The notes beneath the pieces were generated by a model that did no database searches, was not told the origin of the DNA, and worked only from the letters and a program-made list of their open reading frames with translations. Position numbers and translations under genes: made by a program. A stretch of DNA of 64,000 nt from Candidatus Latescibacterota bacterium (GTDB lineage: Bacteria > Latescibacterota > UBA2968 > GCA-2709665). Of this stretch, positions 17,819-26,374 are shown in pieces; position 1 is the stretch's first letter, and each line of letters opens with the position of its first letter. Location: NCBI GenBank assembly GCA_965208835.1, contig OZ242358.1, forward strand, positions 1,152,001 through 1,216,000, read 5' to 3'.

Positions 17819-19129
17819 ATGAAGATCGCCCACATTTCCGACTTCCATCTCCGCCACCATCTTCCGGGCACCTCCACCATATCCCGGCGCCTAAGCCGGC
17901 ACATGCCGGAGCTGATAACGCAGGCGGTGGGCCGCATTCGCGGGGAATCCCCCGACCTCGTCGTCGTTACCGGCGACCTGGCCGACCACCCGTTTTACGG
18001 GATGCACGACGAGGAGCTTATCGCCCTCGCCGAAAAAGATCTCCGCCTGATCCGGGAATACTTTGCGTCTCTGACATGTCCCGTCGCCTGGCTCTACGGC
18101 AACCACGACCATCCGGAGTCCTTCCACCGTGTTTACGGCGACCTTCCGGCGGATTTCCACGTTGCCGGGCATCGCGTTCTGCTGTTTTTCGACGATGAAG
18201 TGGAAAGCAACTTTCCCCAGCGCATGGGGAAGCAGCGCGAACGCTTTCTCGCCGCGATGAACGACGACGACCCGTCGCCGCAGGTCCACCTTCAGCACTA
18301 CCTCGTCGCGCCGGAGCGCGAGGGCGGCTATCCCCACGCCTACAGGGAAGCCGGCAGCCTCAAGGCGGCCCTTCTGGCCGACAGCCGGGTGCGCCTGGTA
18401 CTCAGCGGTCACTATCACAAAGGGGACAGCCTGTTCAGGGAAGGCCACGTTCACTTCGCCAATGCGCCTGCGTTCGGGGAGCCGCCGCATCCGTTTCGCA
18501 TCTACGACCTGAGCGGGACAGGCATCGATCAACACGAATTTGAACTGCGTTCGACGGAAGGGCGAAGACGCAGGGCGGTCTTTCTGGATCGCGACGGCAC
18601 CCTCAGCCCCGCTCCCGCCTACCGCACGGGTCCGGACGCCTTCAGCCTTCTGCCGGGCGCAGCGGAAGCACTTGCGAAGTTGAAGCGCGCCGGATACGCC
18701 CTGGTCGTTGTCTCGAACCAGACCGCCGTCGGACAGGGGTACGTCACCACCGAAACCGTCGGTGCCGTGAACGACCGCATGGCCGCGCTGCTTGGACCTT
18801 CCGGCGTGGAACTGGACGGGGTCTACTGCCGCTATGGCGGTCCGAACGCCGTCCTGCCGGAACATCGAAACGTCCCGGCGGAAACCAAGCCCAGCCCCGC
18901 GATGCTGCATGCCGCAGCCGAAGACCTCAATCTGGACCTTTCCTCGTCCTTCATGGTCGGCGACCGGAAGACCGACGTGGACGCCGGGCGCAACGCCGAA
19001 TGCCGCGCGTCGATCCTGGTGAAGACGGGTTCCGGTCCGGAAGCGCTGGCCAAGATGCCTCCCGGACACGCGGATTTCGTCGCCGGCGATCTCGCCGCCG
19101 CCGTGGACTGGATTATGGAGAACGGATGA
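17819..19129 (+). CDS. Calcineurin-like metallophosphoesterase fused to HAD-IIIA (GmhB/HisB-like) phosphatase
   Basis: N-half SDFH, GDLAD, GNHD, SGHYH; C-half AVFLDRDGTL, VVSNQ, KPSPAM, SFMVGDRKTDVDAG. Confidence 0.85.
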   Translation: MKIAHISDFHLRHHLPGTSTISRRLSRHMPELITQAVGRIRGESPDLVVVTGDLADHPFYGMHDEELIALAEKDLRLIREYFASLTCPVAWLYGNHDHPESFHRVYGDLPADFHVAGHRVLLFFDDEVESNFPQRMGKQRERFLAAMNDDDPSPQVHLQHYLVAPEREGGYPHAYREAGSLKAALLADSRVRLVLSGHYHKGDSLFREGHVHFANAPAFGEPPHPFRIYDLSGTGIDQHEFELRSTEGRRRRAVFLDRDGTLSPAPAYRTGPDAFSLLPGAAEALAKLKRAGYALVVVSNQTAVGQGYVTTETVGAVNDRMAALLGPSGVELDGVYCRYGGPNAVLPEHRNVPAETKPSPAMLHAAAEDLNLDLSSSFMVGDRKTDVDAGRNAECRASILVKTGSGPEALAKMPPGHADFVAGDLAAAVDWIMENG

Positions 19130-19752
19130 TGGCCCTACCCTCTCTTCGATCGGTTCTGATGATCCTGATTCCGGTGGCACTCGTCGCCTCGCTTGTCGGT
19201 TTTATGCTCGACGGGTATTCGCGGGAACTGGACCGCCTTCTCGGCACGGTGCCGGATGCCCCTGCAACGTCCGGCCTCCCTTCCATTCTGGACAGGGTCG
19301 CCGACTCGCTTTCGACCGCGGACCTTGCCCGGCTGCTTGCCGATCAACTGGCGCCTCCGGATGGCCCGGATCCTGCAGGCGGGATCAAGCGCGCCTGCTA
19401 CGCCTTCCTGATCGCCCGCAAATACAAAAAAGAAAGCCTGCAGGCTTTCTTTTTCGACCGGACGCCCTTCGCCGTGACACGCAATATTTCGGTGCCAGGT
19501 TTTGCGCGCGCCGCACGAGCCTATTTCGGCGTATCTCCTGAGCAGCTGACGACGGGAGAAGCCATCCTGCTGTTCCATCTCGCCCGCTTTCCCGATGCGC
19601 CGGCGCCGGTGACCGACCCGGAACGCGCCATCGAGCTCCGGAACCGTCTGCTGCTGGAACTCATGGACGGCAAGTTGATCACGACCGCGCAGTACCGCGC
19701 TGAATCCATCCGCCCCCTCACTCTGGCCGGCAGCCATCCGGCCGTGTGGTGA
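19126..19752 (+). CDS. Membrane-anchored degenerate transglycosylase (GT51)-like protein
   Basis: N-terminal TM; AARAYFGVSPEQLTTGEAILL...P..A..LRNRLL.ELM..KLIT matches the C-terminal half of GT51; no EDxxF catalytic motif. Confidence 0.6.
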   Translation: MMALPSLRSVLMILIPVALVASLVGFMLDGYSRELDRLLGTVPDAPATSGLPSILDRVADSLSTADLARLLADQLAPPDGPDPAGGIKRACYAFLIARKYKKESLQAFFFDRTPFAVTRNISVPGFARAARAYFGVSPEQLTTGEAILLFHLARFPDAPAPVTDPERAIELRNRLLLELMDGKLITTAQYRAESIRPLTLAGSHPAVW

Positions 19753-20005
19753 CAGACCGTTCGCCCGAGCGGACGGTGCGCGTCCACGGCGTCACCACGG
19801 GACTGGACACCAGATAATACGGGCCTCTATCCGAGTATCTCCACCTGCCGGGAGGGAGAAGCAGGCTGAGTACGCGACAGAGGCCCGCGTCCTGGTTCAT
19901 GGAAAGTTTATCCGATTACTGATCAAGAGTCAAGACCCTGCGTTGGATATCCGGGGTTTCTTATATCTTCGGTCGCAGCCATGCACTCAGGATTGAGATG
20001 AGGTA

Positions 20006-20752
20006 CTATCGTACCAACTCAATACGGACCACGTTTTTTACGTTCGCGCACCTGTCGTCCGTTTCGGGAATGAACAGTCGTATAGGTCCACCGAGTCTTT
20101 CCGGTAACGGATGTTCGCCGATGCGGTAAACGAGGATGCCGTTTTCGACTGCGGAAGCGAGGGAGACCCGGGCAAAGAATCCGTCGTCGGCCGAATGAAA
20201 AACGGCCTGACTCGCCCCGTCGCCCACGGCCGCGTCTCTCAGAAGTTCGGCGACGGAAACCGCGGATCCTCGGCGACCGGGAATGATGCGGCCTACGTCC
20301 TCGATCTGCTCGGAAACACTTCGCAGGTCCGCGTACGTGAAGACTATGGGTCCGGGTAGACATCCGTCAACTGTCAGCAATGGCGCACCGGCGTCACTGT
20401 GCAGCCCCGATACCGTCTGGTCGATGTAGTCCTGCGCGATATCGACCAGACGCGCGTCGTAGCCTACCGTTGGCGTGACGTGGACTTCCGTATTGGCGTG
20501 GTCGTCGTGAAACCTCTCCACGCGCTGCCGGAGACGACGGAGCAGCTGTTTGTCCTCGCGAAACAGGAACGGCAGGACCGCGATCCGCTTCATTCCGCGC
20601 TGCACGCAGGCCGCCAGCGCGTCTTCGATCGAGGGACGGCCATCCAGAACGCCCGCCTCAGCCGCAATTCCCCGGTGCGTAAGCGCATCCACAACCTGTA
20701 TCAGGCAGTTGTCATCCGCGCGCGGCGCGACCAGTATCGTGGCCTGGGTCAT
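20006..20752 (-). CDS. CbiX/SirB-like domain fused to molybdopterin-dependent oxidoreductase-like domain
   Basis: PSIEDALAAC...IAVLPFL...TPTVGYDARLVDI (CbiX-like); FHSADDGF, PLPERLGGPIRLFIP, NVKNVVRIEL (Oxidored_molyb-like). Confidence 0.65.
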   Translation of the reverse strand: MTQATILVAPRADDNCLIQVVDALTHRGIAAEAGVLDGRPSIEDALAACVQRGMKRIAVLPFLFREDKQLLRRLRQRVERFHDDHANTEVHVTPTVGYDARLVDIAQDYIDQTVSGLHSDAGAPLLTVDGCLPGPIVFTYADLRSVSEQIEDVGRIIPGRRGSAVSVAELLRDAAVGDGASQAVFHSADDGFFARVSLASAVENGILVYRIGEHPLPERLGGPIRLFIPETDDRCANVKNVVRIELVR

Positions 20753-20848
20753 CGTTCATCTCCGTATGTCGGCGCTTTTCGTAGTTAATGTTCCCGTGGA
20801 CTCCGTATTGTCGCTCAATCTTCGCGCTTTGTCGGGTGCCGGTTTTTC

Positions 20849-20986
20849 ATGATGCCAGTCTTCGACGACCTCCCAATCATCATTCGTATTGTACTGCTGA
20901 TCTCCTCGGCCCTGATTCTCGTTGTCGGCGCCGGTCTGTTCTGGCGAATGGTGAAAACCCTGATCGGAAAGAAAGACCGCCGCTGA
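20849..20986 (+). CDS. Small single-pass membrane protein (45 aa)
   Basis: Manual translation MMPVFDDLPIIIRIVLLISSALILVVGAGLFWRMVKTLIGKKDRR*: long hydrophobic stretch plus basic tail; below the ORF-track length cutoff. Confidence 0.6.
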   Translation: MMPVFDDLPIIIRIVLLISSALILVVGAGLFWRMVKTLIGKKDRR

Positions 20987-21187
20987 CACACCTGCCGCGA
21001 CGTCCTTCCCGATCTCAGCCGAAGTCATATAGAGCTGCGACAGGCTTCCTCGAACTCATTAGTCCGCATTCGGTAACGTCGTCACCACTCAAGTGAGTCA
21101 CGATGAACACACACAAGTGTGTGTGGACATGTCAATTCACTTATTTTTCGATAGTTCCTTACATTTCCACGTCGCGGCACTGGAAGT

Positions 21188-21466
21188 TTACTCGGTTTTG
21201 TTCGAAGCCTGTTCCAGCTCGCTCCGGGCATAGTAGAGCGCCAGGACTTCGAGAGCGTTGATGAGGTATACGTCGCGCGCGTGGCTGTCCAGGGTCTCGG
21301 CCATCTGTTTCGCGAGCGCGGGGATTTCGGCTTCCATGTCGGCCTTCATTTCGTCCCAGCCGGACAGGCGACCGTGTTTTTCGCGGCATGACTCCCGGGC
21401 GGCCTGGTAGATGGCCCTGGCCAGTCTGCGCGGGTCTCCGTCGAGGTGGATCTGGGATTCGTTCAT
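21188..21466 (-). CDS. Hypothetical helical protein (92 aa)
   Basis: ORF from MNESQIHL, protein-like composition, co-oriented with the upstream gene. Confidence 0.65.
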   Translation of the reverse strand: MNESQIHLDGDPRRLARAIYQAARESCREKHGRLSGWDEMKADMEAEIPALAKQMAETLDSHARDVYLINALEVLALYYARSELEQASNKTE

Positions 21467-21490
21467 TGTGTTTATGTGTTTACGCAGAAT

Positions 21491-21517
21491 GTAAGGGCAG
21501 GTTTCAAACCTGCCCCT
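21491..21517 (+). repeat. REP-like hairpin (GTAG-family-like)
   Basis: GTAAGGGCAGGTTTCAAACCTGCCCC: GGGCAGGTTT/AAACCTGCCC stem preceded by a GTAA tetranucleotide. Confidence 0.55.
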
Positions 21518-21525
21518 TCTGTTTT

Positions 21526-24500
21526 CTATGTTCCGCCCGACCCGACCGGCTCGAAGAGGACCGTATCGCCGACGACGTAGTCCGCGATCTGAACCCATGC
21601 CCCGGTCGCCAGATTCTGAAGTCGGTCGCCGTCGCCTCTGTTGGGGTCGACGTGGACCGTCGTGCGCACGGGGCCGGGCGGCCAGGAGCGCTCGTTACTC
21701 GCGTTGGAGATCACCGCCCAGTCGTCGTTTGCGCCGGTCTGGATCCGCGTGCCGTTGAGGTTGCCCGATTTCGCCAGGATATGATAGCCGAAGTCGATTC
21801 TGCCGCCTTCGGCCGCGACCACCTTCGCGCGACCTAGGATCGAGGTGACGTCCAGCGTCAGGCGAAGCATCGGGTCGCCAAAGGGCTCAACGGCTTCGAC
21901 GCGGTAGCTGTGGGCGCGTTCGTCGGGATTGACGGCAACGCGGTCCCCGGCGGCAACGCCCTCCAGGCCCTCCACGTCGATTGTACAGGCGTCCCGGTCC
22001 AGAGCGACGATGCGGCCAATCTGCCGCGCCCGATCGACTGAAACCGGGGTGACTGAGTCGCGGAACGCGGAAGCGCCCACGGTCGATATCCGCCCGTCGA
22101 CCACGGCAGCGAGTGCGCCGTGCAACGTGACGCCGTCTTCGAAGCGCGTGGCGTCGCTCGGTCCCGCGACGGGCGACCAGTAAATGGCGATTTGCCTGCC
22201 CTGTGCCGTGTTCAGCCTGACGCCGACGGCAGATGGAGACTGCGCGGAAACGGCGACCGCTTCGGCAAGCGTCGGTTCGGCGATTCGGGGCTCGAATACA
22301 AGATCGACGCAGGTGGTGTCTTCCTGCGGCGTCCGCCGCCAGAGGACGGGATGATACAGGTAGTTGGACTCTTCGGGGGTCCCCATGGCCTGCGCCGCGC
22401 GGGCCGTGAAAAGGCGGGTTCCGGGAGAGACGTTGATCTGATGGAGATCCAGCTGGACGGCGGGTTCGGCCTGCGAACGCCATCCGCCGCTGAAGGCGTC
22501 GGGCGCCTGGCCGGTCGAGACGTCGTCCATGTACGCCAGAGCGGTATGGTCCGGGTGAGGAAGGTCGTCCGTCTGCGCGCGTTTGACCCGGGGACCGGCG
22601 ACGGTTCCGGTTTGCGGCTGAAGTCCCGCGTTGTCTGACCGAAATTCGCCTTCCAGCCCCCGGCAGGTGCGCCAGTGTTCCGCGCCTCCCGTGATCCGCG
22701 AAAGATCGATGAGTACGACGCCCTCGCCGTCGGTCTCAACAAGGGCGATGAGGCGGCGGAACGTAACCCCGAGCTTGCGCCAGCCTCGCGACTCCTCGTG
22801 CGTCCATCGATGCGCCTCGACGTCCAGTACCTGCAGCCCGTCGACAAACAGGCTGCGCACCAGGCGCCCCCGGCCGGCCGTTTGGGGTTCGCCCGCGGGC
22901 AGGTCGGACCAGACGGTGTTATGGGTTGCCCAGTGGGACTCCCACGGGGACATGCTCGCCCAGGACTGGGGGTATCCCAGGTCGGTCAGGAAGGGACGCT
23001 CGAACGCGAACAACTGCACGTCCAGAAGGTCCCGGTGGCGGTGGTGGAGGGTATCCCCGTACACGATGCCGGCCGCGGCGCGTTCGGGCGCTTCGGGCGT
23101 ACGGAGGACCGCGATGCCGACACCGTCGTGGACCGTTGGACCGAGAGCCCGGTGCCGCCTGTTCTCTGCAGCCGACCGGATTTCCCGCACGAGCGGATCA
23201 TTCGTAAATGCAACGGCACGTTCAAGAAGACTCGGATCCATCGGCGGGTGGAAGAGGTCGTCGTCCAGACGGATGGTGCCCTCTCCCTTGAATCCCGCGG
23301 AACCCGGCGCGGACCCGTCCCCGAACTGGAAATACGATTTTCCGCACATCGTGATTTCGTGCAGCGCGCGGGGCACGTGCGCCGCGCGGCGATCCTCGAA
23401 GAGCGAGGGGAAGTCAGACTCGGGGTAGGCCTCCGGCTGCCGGTCGCGCAGATGACGAAGGTGGTGCTCCAGGTCGAACAAGCCGTCGCTGTGTATGGAG
23501 TTATAACCTCCCGTAGCCTCCTGTGGCGTGCCGTCCGGGAAGAAGTCGTTGGTGGTGAAGACCCGCAGCGTGTCCGGCCCCTCGTCGTAGACCCAATCCA
23601 TCACGTCCCGCGCATCGGGTCGGTCCAGGCAGCGCAGCACGATGAGCGCGCCCTGGCTTTCTCTCGGAAGGTTGCTGGACGCGCCCCGGTCAAGTGTGAC
23701 CTGGAGCAGCGCGGCCAGCATCTCTTCCGTGAGTTGACAGGCGTCTTCCGGGGTCTGAACGGAGAGACCCATGGACTGCGCCCGTTCGACGAGTTCGCGA
23801 TCTTCGCGCATCAACGGCCAGACCGTATCGTAGGCCAGCGCGAGGCTCTCGATCAGATACGGGGTGTCGATGCTGTAACGGATGCTGCCCTTGGCCCGCA
23901 GCGCCTGCACAGGGTCGGGTTCGTCCGCCCAGTCCGGCTGGCCCCAGTCCCAGGGTTCTTCCACGCCTTTCGAGGGACCGTATCGGAACTGGGGCACGGA
24001 GGCCACGTATAGCTCTTCCACTGCATAACGCAGCAATATCAGTCCGAGTTGCCGCGCGCGCGCTTCATCGAACCCGCCGGCGCGGAGGGCGTTCGTCATC
24101 GTGTCAATTCCGGAATTACAGCTTCGGCATTGGTCCCGGTGATAGGTGGCGGCGAAGAGGTAGATGTGGCCTTCGGCGTCGAAAAAGCCGAACCCGTCAT
24201 CCGGATATTCGCCCGACAAATAGTCTTCGTTCGCCAGGTCGTTGCTCGGATAGACCGAACCGCAGTTGGGGCATTCGGACTTGAAATCACACGGCAGGTG
24301 GCTGCGCACCCAAGGATAGAAACCGCTGTATTTGAAGATCGCCGTCCCGCAATTCGGACAACCCTGGTGGCAGTTGGCGAAGTGGGCCTTGGGCAGTTCC
24401 GCGCCGGGGAGCTGTGCCCAAAGGATCTCGTCCGTTTGGGAGGACCACCACTCGACGGTCCTGTCGTCGAGACGTTCCGATACGGGTTCGTCCTGCAGCG

Positions 24501-24846
24501 TCTGGCGGGTCTTTGTCGGCTTGTAATTGCTCTCCAAAGGCCAGCGGCGTGGCCACCGCGCGCCGTTGTAGGTGTGCGGCCGGCGCAGGTCGTCCAGGGT
24601 GCTCACACGGATGGTCGTTTTCGCTGCCCCGCCTCCTTGTGTGGCGCGCAGGGTGTAGTCCCCTGCCTGCCGGGGCGATCGCAGATAGTGGTAGAGCGCG
24701 CCATCCCGTTCGGACCACCTCGTGGCGATCGTCTCGAAAGGATCGGCGGACAGTGTGACGCCGTCGCCGGCCGCCTGAACGGGCAGGCGGAAGCTGCGTC
24801 CCGGGAGGATGACCCTGGGGCGCCAGGGTATCGCTGGATCTGACAT
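21526..24846 (-). CDS. Large heparinase II/III-like (polysaccharide lyase-like) protein with CxxC zinc-ribbon
   Basis: CPNC x2 near N-terminus; DGTPQEATGGYN; HHRHRDLLDVQLFA...DLGYP...HNTV typical of Hepar_II_III domains. Confidence 0.65.
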   Translation of the reverse strand: MSDPAIPWRPRVILPGRSFRLPVQAAGDGVTLSADPFETIATRWSERDGALYHYLRSPRQAGDYTLRATQGGGAAKTTIRVSTLDDLRRPHTYNGARWPRRWPLESNYKPTKTRQTLQDEPVSERLDDRTVEWWSSQTDEILWAQLPGAELPKAHFANCHQGCPNCGTAIFKYSGFYPWVRSHLPCDFKSECPNCGSVYPSNDLANEDYLSGEYPDDGFGFFDAEGHIYLFAATYHRDQCRSCNSGIDTMTNALRAGGFDEARARQLGLILLRYAVEELYVASVPQFRYGPSKGVEEPWDWGQPDWADEPDPVQALRAKGSIRYSIDTPYLIESLALAYDTVWPLMREDRELVERAQSMGLSVQTPEDACQLTEEMLAALLQVTLDRGASSNLPRESQGALIVLRCLDRPDARDVMDWVYDEGPDTLRVFTTNDFFPDGTPQEATGGYNSIHSDGLFDLEHHLRHLRDRQPEAYPESDFPSLFEDRRAAHVPRALHEITMCGKSYFQFGDGSAPGSAGFKGEGTIRLDDDLFHPPMDPSLLERAVAFTNDPLVREIRSAAENRRHRALGPTVHDGVGIAVLRTPEAPERAAAGIVYGDTLHHRHRDLLDVQLFAFERPFLTDLGYPQSWASMSPWESHWATHNTVWSDLPAGEPQTAGRGRLVRSLFVDGLQVLDVEAHRWTHEESRGWRKLGVTFRRLIALVETDGEGVVLIDLSRITGGAEHWRTCRGLEGEFRSDNAGLQPQTGTVAGPRVKRAQTDDLPHPDHTALAYMDDVSTGQAPDAFSGGWRSQAEPAVQLDLHQINVSPGTRLFTARAAQAMGTPEESNYLYHPVLWRRTPQEDTTCVDLVFEPRIAEPTLAEAVAVSAQSPSAVGVRLNTAQGRQIAIYWSPVAGPSDATRFEDGVTLHGALAAVVDGRISTVGASAFRDSVTPVSVDRARQIGRIVALDRDACTIDVEGLEGVAAGDRVAVNPDERAHSYRVEAVEPFGDPMLRLTLDVTSILGRAKVVAAEGGRIDFGYHILAKSGNLNGTRIQTGANDDWAVISNASNERSWPPGPVRTTVHVDPNRGDGDRLQNLATGAWVQIADYVVGDTVLFEPVGSGGT

Positions 24847-24906
24847 GGCGAAGTTCCTCGGTAAAGATTAACTGGGGTCTGGGCGAGAACGAATCCGGCT
24901 TCTCGG

Positions 24907-25743
24907 TCACACCGCCATTTTGGCCCTGACAGCGGCATGGCAGCGGTAGTTGATCAGCCGGAAGTCGTCGTAGACGAAGTCGTCGATGGTCTTCTGGCCA
25001 CGGTCCTCAATGTGAAGTCGTGGTAGCGGAAACGGGTCGCGGGACAGTTGCTCCATGACCGCGTCCAGGTGATTCATATAGATGTGCGCATCGGCCAGCG
25101 TGTGGATGAATTCGCCGGGTTCGAGGCCGGTGACTCCGGCGACCATGTGCAGCAGGAGTGAGTAGGAGGCGATGTTAAGCGGGACCCCGAGAAACATGTC
25201 GCAGGACCGCTGGTACATCAGGAGGGACAGTCTGCCTTCCGCAACGTTGAACTGGAAGAAGGAATGGCAGGGAGGAAGGGCGACGTCCCCGGGCGCGACT
25301 TCCGCGGCATTCCAGGCATTCACGATCATGCGCCTGGAGTCCGGGTTGCTGCGGATCAGATCAATCGCTTCCCGCAACTGGTCGACGTTCCTCTCTGCTC
25401 CACGCCAGTGCCGCCACTGCACACCGTAGATGCGGCCCATCGAGCCGCTGTTGTCGCGCTGACCGAGTCTCTTGAGGTAGTCCTCGTAGTTGCCGTCCCA
25501 GAGTCTGTTGTAGGGATAGATCTTCTTGAGGTCATTGATGTTGTCGGATCCCGAAATAAACCAGAGAAGCTCCGAGAGCATGGATTTCCACACGAGTTTT
25601 TTCGTCGTGACAGCGGGGAATCCGTCTCTCATATCGTACCGAGCCTGGAGGCCGAAACAGGAGATCGTTCCGACGCCGGTCCTGTCCTCTTTTCTGACGC
25701 CGTGATCCAGAATATATCGTAGTTGATCGAGGTATTGTTTCAT
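24907..25743 (-). CDS. thyA: Thymidylate synthase
   Basis: MKQYLD, DRTGVGT, ELLWFISG, SRRMIVNAWN, ALPPCH, QRSCDMFLGVPLNIASY, DAHIY. Confidence 0.97.
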   Translation of the reverse strand: MKQYLDQLRYILDHGVRKEDRTGVGTISCFGLQARYDMRDGFPAVTTKKLVWKSMLSELLWFISGSDNINDLKKIYPYNRLWDGNYEDYLKRLGQRDNSGSMGRIYGVQWRHWRGAERNVDQLREAIDLIRSNPDSRRMIVNAWNAAEVAPGDVALPPCHSFFQFNVAEGRLSLLMYQRSCDMFLGVPLNIASYSLLLHMVAGVTGLEPGEFIHTLADAHIYMNHLDAVMEQLSRDPFPLPRLHIEDRGQKTIDDFVYDDFRLINYRCHAAVRAKMAV

Positions 25744-25906
25744 TATATTTCAGTCTGAATAGCCTTCGGCTGGCTGAAGTCGCCAAAAAGCGGTGAGACG
25801 GGAGCCGGAAGAGGGGAGAGATTGCCTGCCCTGTGAGGTTTCAGTTCAGACCGCAGGCATAGAGAAAGAGCAGATCGGGCAAGGATTTCCTCTACCGTCT
25901 ACCGTC

Positions 25907-26374
25907 TTACGTCTTCCGCCTTTCATAGACGCACAGGGTGAATTCGGCGCGTTCTTCTTCCTTTACCAGTCGCCATTCGCTCTCGTCGAATTCAGGGAAG
26001 CAGGTGTCGCCGTCGTAGTCGCCCCTGATCCGCGAGAGATACATTCGATCCGTGTGGGGAATGGACTGCCGGTATATCTCGGCGCCGCCCGCGCTGAACA
26101 CGGGTTTCCCGTAGGACCTTGCTTTTTTGAGCGCCGCTTCGAAAGTGCGGCAGACGTCGACGCCGGGAGTCTCCGGAAATGTACGGCTGACGATGACGTG
26201 GGGGCGGTTCGGCAGGGGCCTGCAGCCGATGGATTCAAAGGTCTTGCGGCCCATGATGAGTACGCCGCCGGTGGTGATTTTTTTGAAATGCCCGAGATCC
26301 TCGGAGACGTGCCATGGCATGGAATTGCCTTTACCGATCACCCCGTTGTCGGCTATGGCGGCGATGAGAGTCAT
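25907..26374 (-). CDS. folA: Dihydrofolate reductase
   Basis: LIAAIADNGVIG, MPW...EDLGHFK, IMGRKTFESI, PLPNR, GGAEIY, GDTCFP. Confidence 0.95.
   Translation of the reverse strand: MTLIAAIADNGVIGKGNSMPWHVSEDLGHFKKITTGGVLIMGRKTFESIGCRPLPNRPHVIVSRTFPETPGVDVCRTFEAALKKARSYGKPVFSAGGAEIYRQSIPHTDRMYLSRIRGDYDGDTCFPEFDESEWRLVKEEERAEFTLCVYERRKT

Noticed and set aside
20756-21028. 90-aa minus-strand ORF
   Set aside because: It is the antisense of the more convincing 45-aa membrane ORF and has no recognisable features.
21107-21124. ACACACAC-AA-GTGTGTGT palindrome
   Set aside because: Low-complexity single occurrence; at most part of a terminator between convergent genes.
6325-24012. Long antisense ORFs (e.g. 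6325-7539, 17891-19180, 22675-24012)
   Set aside because: Shadow frames opposite well-supported genes, expected in GC-rich DNA; no recognisable motifs.
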